A DNA stretch of 64,000 nucleotides, from assembly GCA_035495435.1 (NCBI GenBank), contig DATJFV010000046.1, forward strand, positions 24,072 to 88,071, given 5' to 3'. The notes beneath the pieces were generated by a model. The model searched no databases and had not been told where the DNA came from. It saw nothing but the letters and a program-made list of their open reading frames with translations. The translations under genes and the position numbers were made by a program. This DNA comes from Pseudolysinimonas sp. (GTDB lineage: Bacteria; Actinomycetota; Actinomycetes; Actinomycetales; Microbacteriaceae). Below, in pieces: positions 9,788-18,171 of the stretch. The stretch's first letter is position 1; each line of letters starts with the position of its first letter.

Positions 9788-10729
9788 TCAGACGCGCGCG
9801 CGTGCTCCTGCCGCGAGCAGGTCGCGGTATTTCTGGAAGAACCCCGCCGCATCGACCTCGTCGATCACGCGCACGTTCGGCGCGTTGCGCTGGGGCCGGT
9901 CATCGAACAGCGAGTACCCACGGGTCAGTTCGCTGCTCGTCTCCACCGCCACGTAGCGCGGCGACTCGCGCACGATCAGGCCGGGCTCGACCATCAGCAT
10001 CGCCGTCAGCGAGTCGGGGTGCGTGCTGCCCTCGATGCCGACGCTCGCGTTGAACTCCTTGTTGGGGGTGTCGAGGATCGTGAAGAAGCGTGCCAGGTCG
10101 GTGGGGATGGCTGCCAGGTCGTCGAGCTGGTCCTGGGTCCAGGTCGCCTGCGCCAGGGTCAGGGTCCAGGTGACGATCGTGATGTCGAAACCGGCGCGCA
10201 GCACGATATCGGCGGCCTCGGGGTCGACATAGAAGTTGTACTCCGCAGCCGCGGTGACGTTGCCCACCGAGTTGTCGGTGCCCCCCATGATCCAGAGGTG
10301 CCGCACCTTCTTCGGCAGGTCTCGGTCCAACAGCACCGCCGTGGCGATGTTGGTCAGCGGCCCGATCGCCAGCAGGTCGATCTCACCCGGGTTCTCGGAG
10401 ACGATGCGCGCGATCGCCTCGCTCGCACCCTCGGCGCTGGGCTGCTGCACCGGAATCGGCCAGTCGTGGTTGCCTTTGCCGTCGCCGTGCGCCGAGGCTG
10501 CGTACCACGGGCGCATCATGGGCACGCGTGCTCCCAGGTGCACCGGCACCTCTCCCCCGCGCCCGGCCTGATCGACCGTGATGAGGGCGTTCTGCACCTG
10601 TTGGTCGAAGTCGACGTTGCCCGAGACGATGGTGATCGCCTCGAGCTGCGCCTGCGGGTGCAGCAACCCGACGAGCAGCGCGAAGCTGTCGTCGGCTGCG
10701 GTGTCGGTGTCGATGATCATGCGCACCAT
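9788..10729 (-). CDS. nucleoside hydrolase (IUNH family)
   Basis: N-terminal DTDTAADD aspartate cluster (DxDxxxDD) typical of inosine/uridine-preferring nucleoside hydrolases. Confidence 0.9.
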   Translation of the reverse strand: MVRMIIDTDTAADDSFALLVGLLHPQAQLEAITIVSGNVDFDQQVQNALITVDQAGRGGEVPVHLGARVPMMRPWYAASAHGDGKGNHDWPIPVQQPSAEGASEAIARIVSENPGEIDLLAIGPLTNIATAVLLDRDLPKKVRHLWIMGGTDNSVGNVTAAAEYNFYVDPEAADIVLRAGFDITIVTWTLTLAQATWTQDQLDDLAAIPTDLARFFTILDTPNKEFNASVGIEGSTHPDSLTAMLMVEPGLIVRESPRYVAVETSSELTRGYSLFDDRPQRNAPNVRVIDEVDAAGFFQKYRDLLAAGARARV

Positions 10730-10754
10730 GGCGGCTCCTCGTGTATCGGACGGT

Positions 10755-12071
10755 TCAGGGGGCGACGCCGGGCTGACCGACGGTCTCGACGGTGACGAGT
10801 CGCCGTGGTTCGGAGAGGGTCAGCGCCAGCGCCAGACCGATGGCGGCGAGCACCGCGGCGATCACGAAGACCCCGAGATAGCCGACGAGCGGGGCGATCC
10901 AGCCCGCCACCAGCGGGCCGATGATGAAGAACGGCGCCAGCAGGGTCGAGGTGGTGCCGAGGTAGACGCTGGTGGCGGATGCCGGGGCCAGCTCGATCGA
11001 CATGTTCGGGTCGCCGATGATGGTGGTCGCATTCGCGCCCCCCAGCGCGACGAAGACGAGCACGTAGGCGAACAACGAGTTCGCGAAGATCGCCCCCGTC
11101 ATCCCGGCCACGAGCAGCGCCGCACCGAGCACCACGACGGTCTTCCAGCCGGCGTAGTTGCCCAGCAGGCTGAGCGCGAAACCGAGCAGCGCCTGCGACA
11201 GGATGAACACCGCCGCCAGCAACGCCGCATCCGACGGAGCCAGCGGCCCGGCGAGCCCGCTCACGACCACGAACCCGACGCCCATCGTCGACAGGGCGAT
11301 GAACGCCCGGGTCACCAGGAACCGGGTGAAGGGCCGGTTGGTGCGCAGGATCCCCGGAATCTGGCCGAGGGTGTGACGGATCGGCTGACGGGGCTCTGCC
11401 AGCGGGTACGGCGCCTCGCGCAGGAACGCGATGAAGAAGATCGACAGGAACGACAGCCCGAAGCAGATCCAGAAACTCACCTGGTTGCCGACCGGGAAGG
11501 GCAGGGTGCGGATGAGGCGCTCGCCCACGAGCGCCGCCGTGAAGCCCAGCGCCCCGCCCAGCAACTGCGACACCGCGTAGTACCAGCCCCGGCCCTGCGT
11601 GAACGCCTTGGCGATGAAGTCGCCGTAGACCGGACCGATGAGACCCGTGGTGATCGCGTATCCCCCGAAGGCCAGGAAGAAGAGCACCAGCACCAGCCCG
11701 CTCGACAGCACGCCGATGGTCTGCGCGACCACCGCGATCGCGAGGATGCCCACGCGCTCGGCGATGATGATCGCCAGCATCGCCGGCTTGCGCCGCTCGC
11801 GGCCGGCGACCAGGTGCGCCCCGATCAGCTGCGGCAGATAGTGACCCACCGCGTAGATCGCGCCGACGAGGCCCACCAGCAGCGCGCTTCCCGAGAGCGC
11901 CTGCACGAAGGCGGGGATGATCGTCGTCTCCGACAGCAGCGAGATCGCGAACGCGAACGTCGCGCCGTCGAGGATCAGCAGCGCCAGATTGCGTCGCTGA
12001 TACCCGTCCATCGTGCGCATGTAGTCGGGCGCCACCGCTCGGAGGCGCGCGACGTCAGCGCCTACGGCCAC
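10755..12071 (-). CDS. MFS transporter
   Basis: 438 aa, about 12 hydrophobic segments. The start is uncertain: as drawn it overlaps the upstream gene by 10 nt, and an internal M lies about 17 codons in. Confidence 0.82.
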   Translation of the reverse strand: MAVGADVARLRAVAPDYMRTMDGYQRRNLALLILDGATFAFAISLLSETTIIPAFVQALSGSALLVGLVGAIYAVGHYLPQLIGAHLVAGRERRKPAMLAIIIAERVGILAIAVVAQTIGVLSSGLVLVLFFLAFGGYAITTGLIGPVYGDFIAKAFTQGRGWYYAVSQLLGGALGFTAALVGERLIRTLPFPVGNQVSFWICFGLSFLSIFFIAFLREAPYPLAEPRQPIRHTLGQIPGILRTNRPFTRFLVTRAFIALSTMGVGFVVVSGLAGPLAPSDAALLAAVFILSQALLGFALSLLGNYAGWKTVVVLGAALLVAGMTGAIFANSLFAYVLVFVALGGANATTIIGDPNMSIELAPASATSVYLGTTSTLLAPFFIIGPLVAGWIAPLVGYLGVFVIAAVLAAIGLALALTLSEPRRLVTVETVGQPGVAP

Positions 12072-12820
12072 GACATCCCCGCCTTGTCGTCACGGATGAG
12101 GTTGCGCAGCGCCTGCACGGCCGTGCCCAGCAGCTTCTCCATGTGCGGGTCGGTGTCGTCGGTGCCGTCGAGCCACATGCGCATGATGCCGCCGGCCCGC
12201 ACCCGGTGGATGCTGGAGATGACGAAGATCGCTGCCGCCTCCATCTCCGACGAGATCGCACCCCCGGCCACGAACGCGTCCCAACGGCGATGCAGCTGCT
12301 CGGCCATCGGCATCCGGTCGGGCTCGACCTCGCCGTAGAAGGAGTCCTTCGACTGCGAGACACCCAGACGGTACGGGTGCCCCAGCGTCTTCGCGGCATC
12401 CGCCAGCGCGAAGACGACCTGCGGGTCGGCCACCGCGGGGAACTCCATCGGCAGGTAGTGCGACGTGGTGCCCTCGTCACGGATCGCGGCGGTGATCACC
12501 GCGAGTTCTCCGGTGAACGAATCCGGCTGCATCGCGCCCGACGTGCCGACGCGGATGAAGGTGTCGGCGCCGATCTTGATCAGCTCCTCGACCGCGATCG
12601 ACGCCGACGGGCAGCCGATACCGGTGGAGACCACGCTGACCTTCTCGCCGTCGAGCGTGCCGGTCCAGGTCTCGTACTCGCGGTTGCTGGCCACCTTCAC
12701 CGGGTCGTCGAACAGCTGCGCGATCGGCTCGCACCGCCCGGGGTCGCCGGGCAGCAGCACGTACCGGCCGACATCGCCGGCCTTCAGCTGAATGTGGTGC
12801 TGCAGCTCGGTCGCGTTCAC
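12062..12820 (-). CDS. nucleoside phosphorylase (PNP/UDP-1 family, uridine-phosphorylase-like), paralog A
   Basis: LPGDPGRCEPIA, STGIGCPSA, VGTSGAMQPD and EMEAAA motifs. 4-nt overlap with paralog B. Confidence 0.88.
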   Translation of the reverse strand: MNATELQHHIQLKAGDVGRYVLLPGDPGRCEPIAQLFDDPVKVASNREYETWTGTLDGEKVSVVSTGIGCPSASIAVEELIKIGADTFIRVGTSGAMQPDSFTGELAVITAAIRDEGTTSHYLPMEFPAVADPQVVFALADAAKTLGHPYRLGVSQSKDSFYGEVEPDRMPMAEQLHRRWDAFVAGGAISSEMEAAAIFVISSIHRVRAGGIMRMWLDGTDDTDPHMEKLLGTAVQALRNLIRDDKAGMSWP

Positions 12821-13593
12821 TTCGCCACCGCCGCGCGGTCCTGTGCGATCATCTCGCGCATGCCGGCGATGGCCGCGGCCAGCAGGTCGCCGAGGCCCTC
12901 CTGGGCCAGCTCCTCCTCGGTCATCGGCGCCTGATCCCAGTGGCCGAAGATCTTCATGATGCCGCCCGCGCGCACCCGCAGCGTCGCCGCCACGATGTAG
13001 AGCGCGGCCGCCTCCATCTCCGAGCAGATCGCCCCGCCCGCCATCCAGGCGTGCCAGCGCTCCTGCAGGCGTGCCGCCACCGGCATCCGACCCGGCTCGT
13101 GCTGGCCGTAGAACGAGTCCTTCGACTGCGAGATACCGATGTGCACCGTCTTGCCGGTCGAGCGCGCACCGATCGCCAGAGCACGGGTCAGCTCGAGGTC
13201 GGCCACCGCCGGGAACTCCATCGGCAGGTAGTGCGAGCTCGTGCCCTCGTCGCGGATCGCGCCCTGGATCACGCCCAGGTCGCCGACCCTGATGTCGGGC
13301 TGCATGGCCCCCGAGGTCCCGACCCGGACGAAGGTGTCGGCGCCGACCTTCACCAGCTCCTCCATGGCGATCGCCGCCGACGGGCAGCCGATGCCGGTCG
13401 AGGTGACCGACACCATCTCGCCGTCGAGGTAGCCCGTCCAGGTCTCGTACTCGCGGTTCTTCGCGACCAGCTTCGGGTCGTCGAAGAGCCGTGCGATCGG
13501 TTCGCAGCGGCCGGGGTCGCCGGGGAGGAAGACGTAGCGTCCGACCTCTCCGCGGGCAACGCCGATGTGGTGCTGTCGTTCGGTGACGTTCAT
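12817..13593 (-). CDS. nucleoside phosphorylase (PNP/UDP-1 family), paralog B
   Basis: Carries the same motif set as paralog A. The two are a tandem duplicate. Confidence 0.88.
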   Translation of the reverse strand: MNVTERQHHIGVARGEVGRYVFLPGDPGRCEPIARLFDDPKLVAKNREYETWTGYLDGEMVSVTSTGIGCPSAAIAMEELVKVGADTFVRVGTSGAMQPDIRVGDLGVIQGAIRDEGTSSHYLPMEFPAVADLELTRALAIGARSTGKTVHIGISQSKDSFYGQHEPGRMPVAARLQERWHAWMAGGAICSEMEAAALYIVAATLRVRAGGIMKIFGHWDQAPMTEEELAQEGLGDLLAAAIAGMREMIAQDRAAVAK

Positions 13594-13619
13594 TGCGGGT
13601 GGGGGTTCCTTCCGGTGTT

Positions 13620-14516
13620 TCAGGACTTCTTGAACGAGTAGGCGATCGTGACCGCGATGGTTCCGAAGAACGCCAGCGCAGACACCAGGAACAGGCCGGT
13701 CACGAACTCCGGGCTGAACTGGATCTCGGCGCTCAGGCTCCAGAGCCCGCGGTAGATCGAGTAGGCCGACAGCCCGGCGATGACGATCACGCCGATCCCG
13801 CCGATGATCCAGTCGCGCGCGCGCACCTTCACCTGGCGATAGCTGGTCTTGAAGCCGTTGGAGCCGAAGCCGCGCGACTCGAGCGAGATCGACAACTGCT
13901 GCACGCGCTCGATGGCGCCGACGAACACGGGAACGAAGCTCGGGAGCACCGCCGAGAAGCCGGTGCCCTTCATGCCGCGGGACTTCTGCGCGCTCATGAT
14001 GATGCCGAACTCGCGCTGGAACACCGGGATGAGCTGCAGCGTCATGGCCAGCATGAAGTTCAGCGTGTACGGCATCTTCAGCTTCGCCAGGCTGGTGAAC
14101 AGGTCGCTCGGGTGGGTGGTCATGACCACCACCAGCGCGATGATCAGCGAGGCGACGATGCGGCCGAGCAGCACCAGGCCGTAGTACAGCCCGTCGCCGT
14201 AGAGCGCGAGCGGACCGATCGACCCGACCTGCGTCCAGGGACGCTCGACGGCCGGCGCGATGATCTGCAGCGCCAGCAGCGACGACCCGATCGGGATCAA
14301 GATGATCATCGCCTTGAGCAGCGGCTTCACCACGCCGGCGATGATGCCGACCAGGAAGGCGACCACCGCCATCACCCCCAGGATGAGGATGTTCTGCGTG
14401 GCGAACGCGAGCACGATGTAGCCGACGACCCAGATGAGCTTGGCGATCGGGTTGATCCGGTGGATCACCGAGTCGCCGGGGATCATCGAGATCGGTAGTG
14501 CGGCGGTCATCGTCAT
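13620..14516 (-). CDS. ECF transporter transmembrane (T) component, EcfT/CbiQ-like
   Basis: 298-aa multi-TM protein with two xRG coupling motifs (QKSRGM, LESRGF). 4-nt overlap with the upstream ATPase gene. Confidence 0.87.
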   Translation of the reverse strand: MTMTAALPISMIPGDSVIHRINPIAKLIWVVGYIVLAFATQNILILGVMAVVAFLVGIIAGVVKPLLKAMIILIPIGSSLLALQIIAPAVERPWTQVGSIGPLALYGDGLYYGLVLLGRIVASLIIALVVVMTTHPSDLFTSLAKLKMPYTLNFMLAMTLQLIPVFQREFGIIMSAQKSRGMKGTGFSAVLPSFVPVFVGAIERVQQLSISLESRGFGSNGFKTSYRQVKVRARDWIIGGIGVIVIAGLSAYSIYRGLWSLSAEIQFSPEFVTGLFLVSALAFFGTIAVTIAYSFKKS

Positions 14517-15394
14517 GATGCGGCTCCCTTCTGGGCGGCGACCGGCTTGCGCGCGGTCTTCTTTGCGCCGGCGCGCTGTTCGATGTCGTCGGCGAGTTCG
14601 CGCGGCGTGAGGGCGACCGGCCCGCCCAGCGGCACCACCGTCTGCATGGCGATCTGCGTGATCTGGGGTGCCTGCAGGTTGGTGCGCGCCATCAGCGGCT
14701 CGTCGGCGAACACCTCGCGCGGCGAGGCGTCGGCGATGATCTGCGTGTTCTTCATGACCACGACGCGTTCCACGACATCCGCCAGAAGCGGCATGTCGTG
14801 CGAGACGCAGACCACCGTGGTGCCGTCCTCGCGGAGGCGCCGCATCAGGTCGTTGATGATGTGCGTGGTCTGGTGGTCCTGCCCGGTGGAGGGCTCGTCG
14901 AGGATCAGGATCGAGGGCTGCATGGTCACGATCGAGGCGATCCCGACCAGCTTGCGGATCGGGAAGCTCACCCGATACGGGTGCTCCTCGAGCACATCCT
15001 TCAGGCCGAAGAACTCCACCGCGCGCGCCACGCGCTCGGCGATCTCCTCCTCCGACACACCGATGTTGCGCGGGCCGAACTGCAGCTCGGCCTCGACGGT
15101 GCGGGCGAACAGCTGATGATTCGGATTCTGGAAGACGTACCCGACGTGCGCCGCCATCTCCTGCACCGACTTGCCCGCGGTGTCGATGCCGTTCACGACG
15201 ACCGAGCCACTGGTGGGCTTCAGCAGCCCGTTGAACAGCTTGGTGAGGGTCGTCTTGCCCGAGCCGTTCTGGCCGATGATGCCGACGATCTCGCCGTGCT
15301 CGATGGTGAGGTCGACATCGTCGAGGGCGACGACATGTCCGCTGGGGTAGACGAAACGGGCCTTCGTCACCTCGATCGCTTTGGGGTCAGCCAC
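14513..15394 (-). CDS. ECF/ABC transporter ATP-binding protein (degenerate signature motif)
   Basis: Walker A GQNGSGKTTL, Walker B ILILDEPSTGQD, H-loop VSHD. VSFPIRK sits where LSGGQ is expected. Confidence 0.9.
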   Translation of the reverse strand: MADPKAIEVTKARFVYPSGHVVALDDVDLTIEHGEIVGIIGQNGSGKTTLTKLFNGLLKPTSGSVVVNGIDTAGKSVQEMAAHVGYVFQNPNHQLFARTVEAELQFGPRNIGVSEEEIAERVARAVEFFGLKDVLEEHPYRVSFPIRKLVGIASIVTMQPSILILDEPSTGQDHQTTHIINDLMRRLREDGTTVVCVSHDMPLLADVVERVVVMKNTQIIADASPREVFADEPLMARTNLQAPQITQIAMQTVVPLGGPVALTPRELADDIEQRAGAKKTARKPVAAQKGAAS

Positions 15395-16250
15395 GGGGGG
15401 CTCCGATCAGGTCACGCACCGCCGCGACGGCGGGCTCGGTGGTCGTGGGGGTCGCGCCCTTCCAGAAGCCGTCGGCGCGCAGCGTCTCGGCGAGGACCGC
15501 GGCCTCCGGTGCGCGCAGACCGAGCTCCGTGAGCTTGTCGACCTGCGCGAAGATCTCGGCGGGGCTGCCGTTCATGATGACCCGGCCGTGGTCGATCACG
15601 ATGACGCGGTCGGCGTACTGGGCCATGACCTCGACCTCGTGCTCGATCACGACGACCGTCATGCCGGCCTCGCGGTTCAGCTTCGCCGCGATCTCGAAGA
15701 CCTCCTGCTTGCCGATCGGGTCGAGGTTGGATGTCGGCTCGTCCATGATGAGGATCTGCGGCTTCATCGCCAGGACCGCCGCGATCGCCAGCCGCTGCTG
15801 CTGGCCGCCGGAGAGTCCGAGCGGCGACCGCTCCTCGAATCCGGACAGGCCCACCAGCGCGAGGGTCTCGGGGATGATGCGGACCATCTCGTCGTACGCC
15901 ACGCCGGCGTTCTCGAGTCCGAGGGCGACCTCTTCGGCCACCGACATCTGGCTCATCTGGAACTCGGGGTTGTCGAAGACCATCCCGACGAGCTTGGCCA
16001 TTTCGCGGACCGGGTACTCCTCGACATCGAGGCCGTTGACGGTGACGGTGCCCTCGAGGGTGCCGCCGAGCATGGTGGGGACGACGCCATTCACGCACAG
16101 ACCCAGGGTGGTCTTGCCGGCACCGTTCAGGCCGAGGATCGCGACGTACTCGCCCGGCATGATGCTCAGGTCGATGTCGCGCAGTGCGGGCTCCTCGGTG
16201 CCCGGGTAGCTGTAGGTGACGTTGTCGAAGCGGATGATGGGGTCAGTCAT
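15387..16250 (-). CDS. ECF/ABC transporter ATP-binding protein
   Basis: Walker A GLNGAGKTTL, signature LSGGQQQR, Walker B ILIMDEPTS. I prefer ATG 16250 (MTDPIIRF), which lies 10 nt after GAGGAG, over the track's GTG at 16268. Confidence 0.9.
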   Translation of the reverse strand: MTDPIIRFDNVTYSYPGTEEPALRDIDLSIMPGEYVAILGLNGAGKTTLGLCVNGVVPTMLGGTLEGTVTVNGLDVEEYPVREMAKLVGMVFDNPEFQMSQMSVAEEVALGLENAGVAYDEMVRIIPETLALVGLSGFEERSPLGLSGGQQQRLAIAAVLAMKPQILIMDEPTSNLDPIGKQEVFEIAAKLNREAGMTVVVIEHEVEVMAQYADRVIVIDHGRVIMNGSPAEIFAQVDKLTELGLRAPEAAVLAETLRADGFWKGATPTTTEPAVAAVRDLIGAPRG

Positions 16251-16285
16251 GGGCTCATCTCTCCTCACGGAGGGTCGGTCGAGGG

Positions 16286-16317
16286 GGAGGCGGCCGGTGG
16301 TCAGGCCGGCCGCCTCC
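16286..16317 (-). other. intercistronic stem-loop between the ECF S-component and ATPase genes
   Basis: Perfect 12-bp inverted repeat GGAGGCGGCCGG/CCGGCCGCCTCC with an 8-nt loop, inside the 90-nt gap (16251-16340). Confidence 0.6.
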
Positions 16318-16340
16318 GGGGATATCGCGAACGTCGCGGC

Positions 16341-17060
16341 TCAGGAGCCGGAGTTCGCCGTGATGGCCAGGAAGACCACCACGATCAGCACGCCGATGAC
16401 GATGCCGGCGACCGCGAGCAGGATGCCCTTCAGCGGCGTCGCCTTGACGATGTTGATGTCGGCCGTCAGCGACTTCGGCAGGGCCTCGATGATCGCCAGC
16501 GCCACGAAGCCGCCGATGATCTTGTCCGCCAGCGAGGTCAGGATGTTCGAGGAGAACACCGAACCCACGAGGTTCTGGCCGACCGCCAGGAACGTACCGG
16601 TCAGGGCGTCGGCGCCGTTTCCGGTCGCGCCGCCGAAGACCAGGACGATGATCGGCGCCGCGACGATGGTGCACGCGACGGCGACGATGACGTTCAGCAG
16701 GAAGAACTTCGGGATGGTCTTGCCGAGGCCCCACGAGCGCACGCCGTAGCCCCAGAGGAGGGCGCCGACGACGTTCACGATGGCGAACGGCAGGCTGACC
16801 GGGCCGCTGATCAGCGCGCTACCGGTGTTGGTCAGAACGCCGACGAGGGCACCCCACCACGGACCGAGCACGATGGCCGAGATCGCGGTGCCGATCATGT
16901 CGAGGTACACCGGCAGGCGCAGGGCCGAGGCGATGTAGCCGCCGACGATGTTCAGGGCGACGCAGACCGGGATCAGGGTGACGATCAGGGTCGTGGGGAG
17001 TTTGGCACGCGCCGACTTGGACTTCTTCGGCGTCGATGCAACAGGTGAAGCGGTGGTCAT
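16341..17060 (-). CDS. ECF transporter substrate-specific (S) component, substrate unknown
   Basis: Start set at ATG 17060 (MTTASPVAS). About 6 TM segments. It lies directly upstream of the A-A'-T genes. The rest of the track ORF (up to 17363) is Arg-rich and overlaps the neighbouring gene. Confidence 0.75.
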   Translation of the reverse strand: MTTASPVASTPKKSKSARAKLPTTLIVTLIPVCVALNIVGGYIASALRLPVYLDMIGTAISAIVLGPWWGALVGVLTNTGSALISGPVSLPFAIVNVVGALLWGYGVRSWGLGKTIPKFFLLNVIVAVACTIVAAPIIVLVFGGATGNGADALTGTFLAVGQNLVGSVFSSNILTSLADKIIGGFVALAIIEALPKSLTADINIVKATPLKGILLAVAGIVIGVLIVVVFLAITANSGS

Positions 17061-17122
17061 GAAGGTGCCTTTCGGATCATGTGGAACGGACGGAGGGCGG
17101 CGACTCTGCCGGCCTCCGGTGG

Positions 17123-17149
17123 CGAGCCGGGGAGGGGTGCCCCGGCTCG
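17123..17149 (-). terminator. strong GC stem-loop in the 157-nt gap upstream of the ECF S gene (possible terminator or attenuator)
   Basis: 10-bp stem CGAGCCGGGG/CCCCGGCTCG with a 7-nt loop. No U-tract follows on the transcribed strand. Confidence 0.35.
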
Positions 17150-17217
17150 GGTGGCGCTCTCGTGGAGCGGGCCGTCCAACCACGGACGGACGACGATGTC
17201 TCGCTGCGTGCGTTCGC

Positions 17218-18171
17218 TCATGAGCGGAACGCCTCGGCGAGGAAGCGGGAGAACACGACCGCGTCGGCGCGCAGGGCGACCCGTGCGTTCGCGGGGCCGG
17301 TGCGCCAGGCGCGGGTGTCGAGCACCATCTCGCCGAGCGTGTGCTCGCCGCGGGTCTCGACATGGACCTCGCCCTCGACCACCTCGGTGAGCACCTCGGG
17401 ATGCACCAGAGCAGCGATGCACAACGCGTCGTGCACCGGGGCGGTCAGCCGCGGCGCGGCCGGGTCGTCGGGGTAGTGCTGGATGCGGTGGCGGATCAGC
17501 GCCGCCGAGCCGGTCGCCGCGGGGGTGCCGATCTCGTCGAAGGCGTCGCAGTCGTCGAGCCCCAGCTGGGCGCTGTGGGTGGCATCGAGCGGCAGGATCA
17601 GCACATCGCGGATCCCGGCGCTGAACACCGCCTCGGCGGCCTCGGGATCGACCCAGAAGTTGAACTCCGCCGCCCCCGTCACGTTGCCCCAGCCGCGCGC
17701 GCCCCCCATGACGACGAGACGACGGATGCGGGCCGCCAGCCGCGGTTCGCTGATCAGCGCCAGCGCGATGTTGGTCAGCGGGCCGGTGGCCACCAGCACC
17801 ACCTCGTCACCGCCATCGGCCATGATCGTGTCGACGATGAAACGCACCGCCGACTCCGGGCGCGCAGGCGTCGTCGACGGCGGGAAGTCGAGCTCGTTCA
17901 CCTGGAACTCGGGGTTGTCGCCGTTCAGCACCCGGCGCGGGATCGGGAAGTCCGGCCGCACGATCGGGCGGTCGGCCCCTGCGAACGCCGGCACCGACGA
18001 GCCGATGTGGTCGAGCACCCGCAGGGTGTTCTCGAGCGTGTAGTTCAGGGCCACGTTTCCGTTCACCGCGGTGACTCCGAGCAGTTCGAGCTCGGGGTGG
18101 CAGGCGGCCGCGAAGATCGCGACGGCGTCATCCGTGCCGGTGTCGACATCGAGGATGAGGCGGGTGGTCAT
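17218..18171 (-). CDS. nucleoside hydrolase (IUNH family)
   Basis: N-terminal DVDTGTDD motif. 4-nt overlap with the upstream GntR gene. Confidence 0.9.
   Translation of the reverse strand: MTTRLILDVDTGTDDAVAIFAAACHPELELLGVTAVNGNVALNYTLENTLRVLDHIGSSVPAFAGADRPIVRPDFPIPRRVLNGDNPEFQVNELDFPPSTTPARPESAVRFIVDTIMADGGDEVVLVATGPLTNIALALISEPRLAARIRRLVVMGGARGWGNVTGAAEFNFWVDPEAAEAVFSAGIRDVLILPLDATHSAQLGLDDCDAFDEIGTPAATGSAALIRHRIQHYPDDPAAPRLTAPVHDALCIAALVHPEVLTEVVEGEVHVETRGEHTLGEMVLDTRAWRTGPANARVALRADAVVFSRFLAEAFRS

Noticed and set aside
17061-17217. Known riboswitch (preQ1, purine, 2'-dG) upstream of the ECF S gene
   Set aside because: I cannot find the conserved cores of these classes by eye. I kept it only as an unexplained structured spacer.
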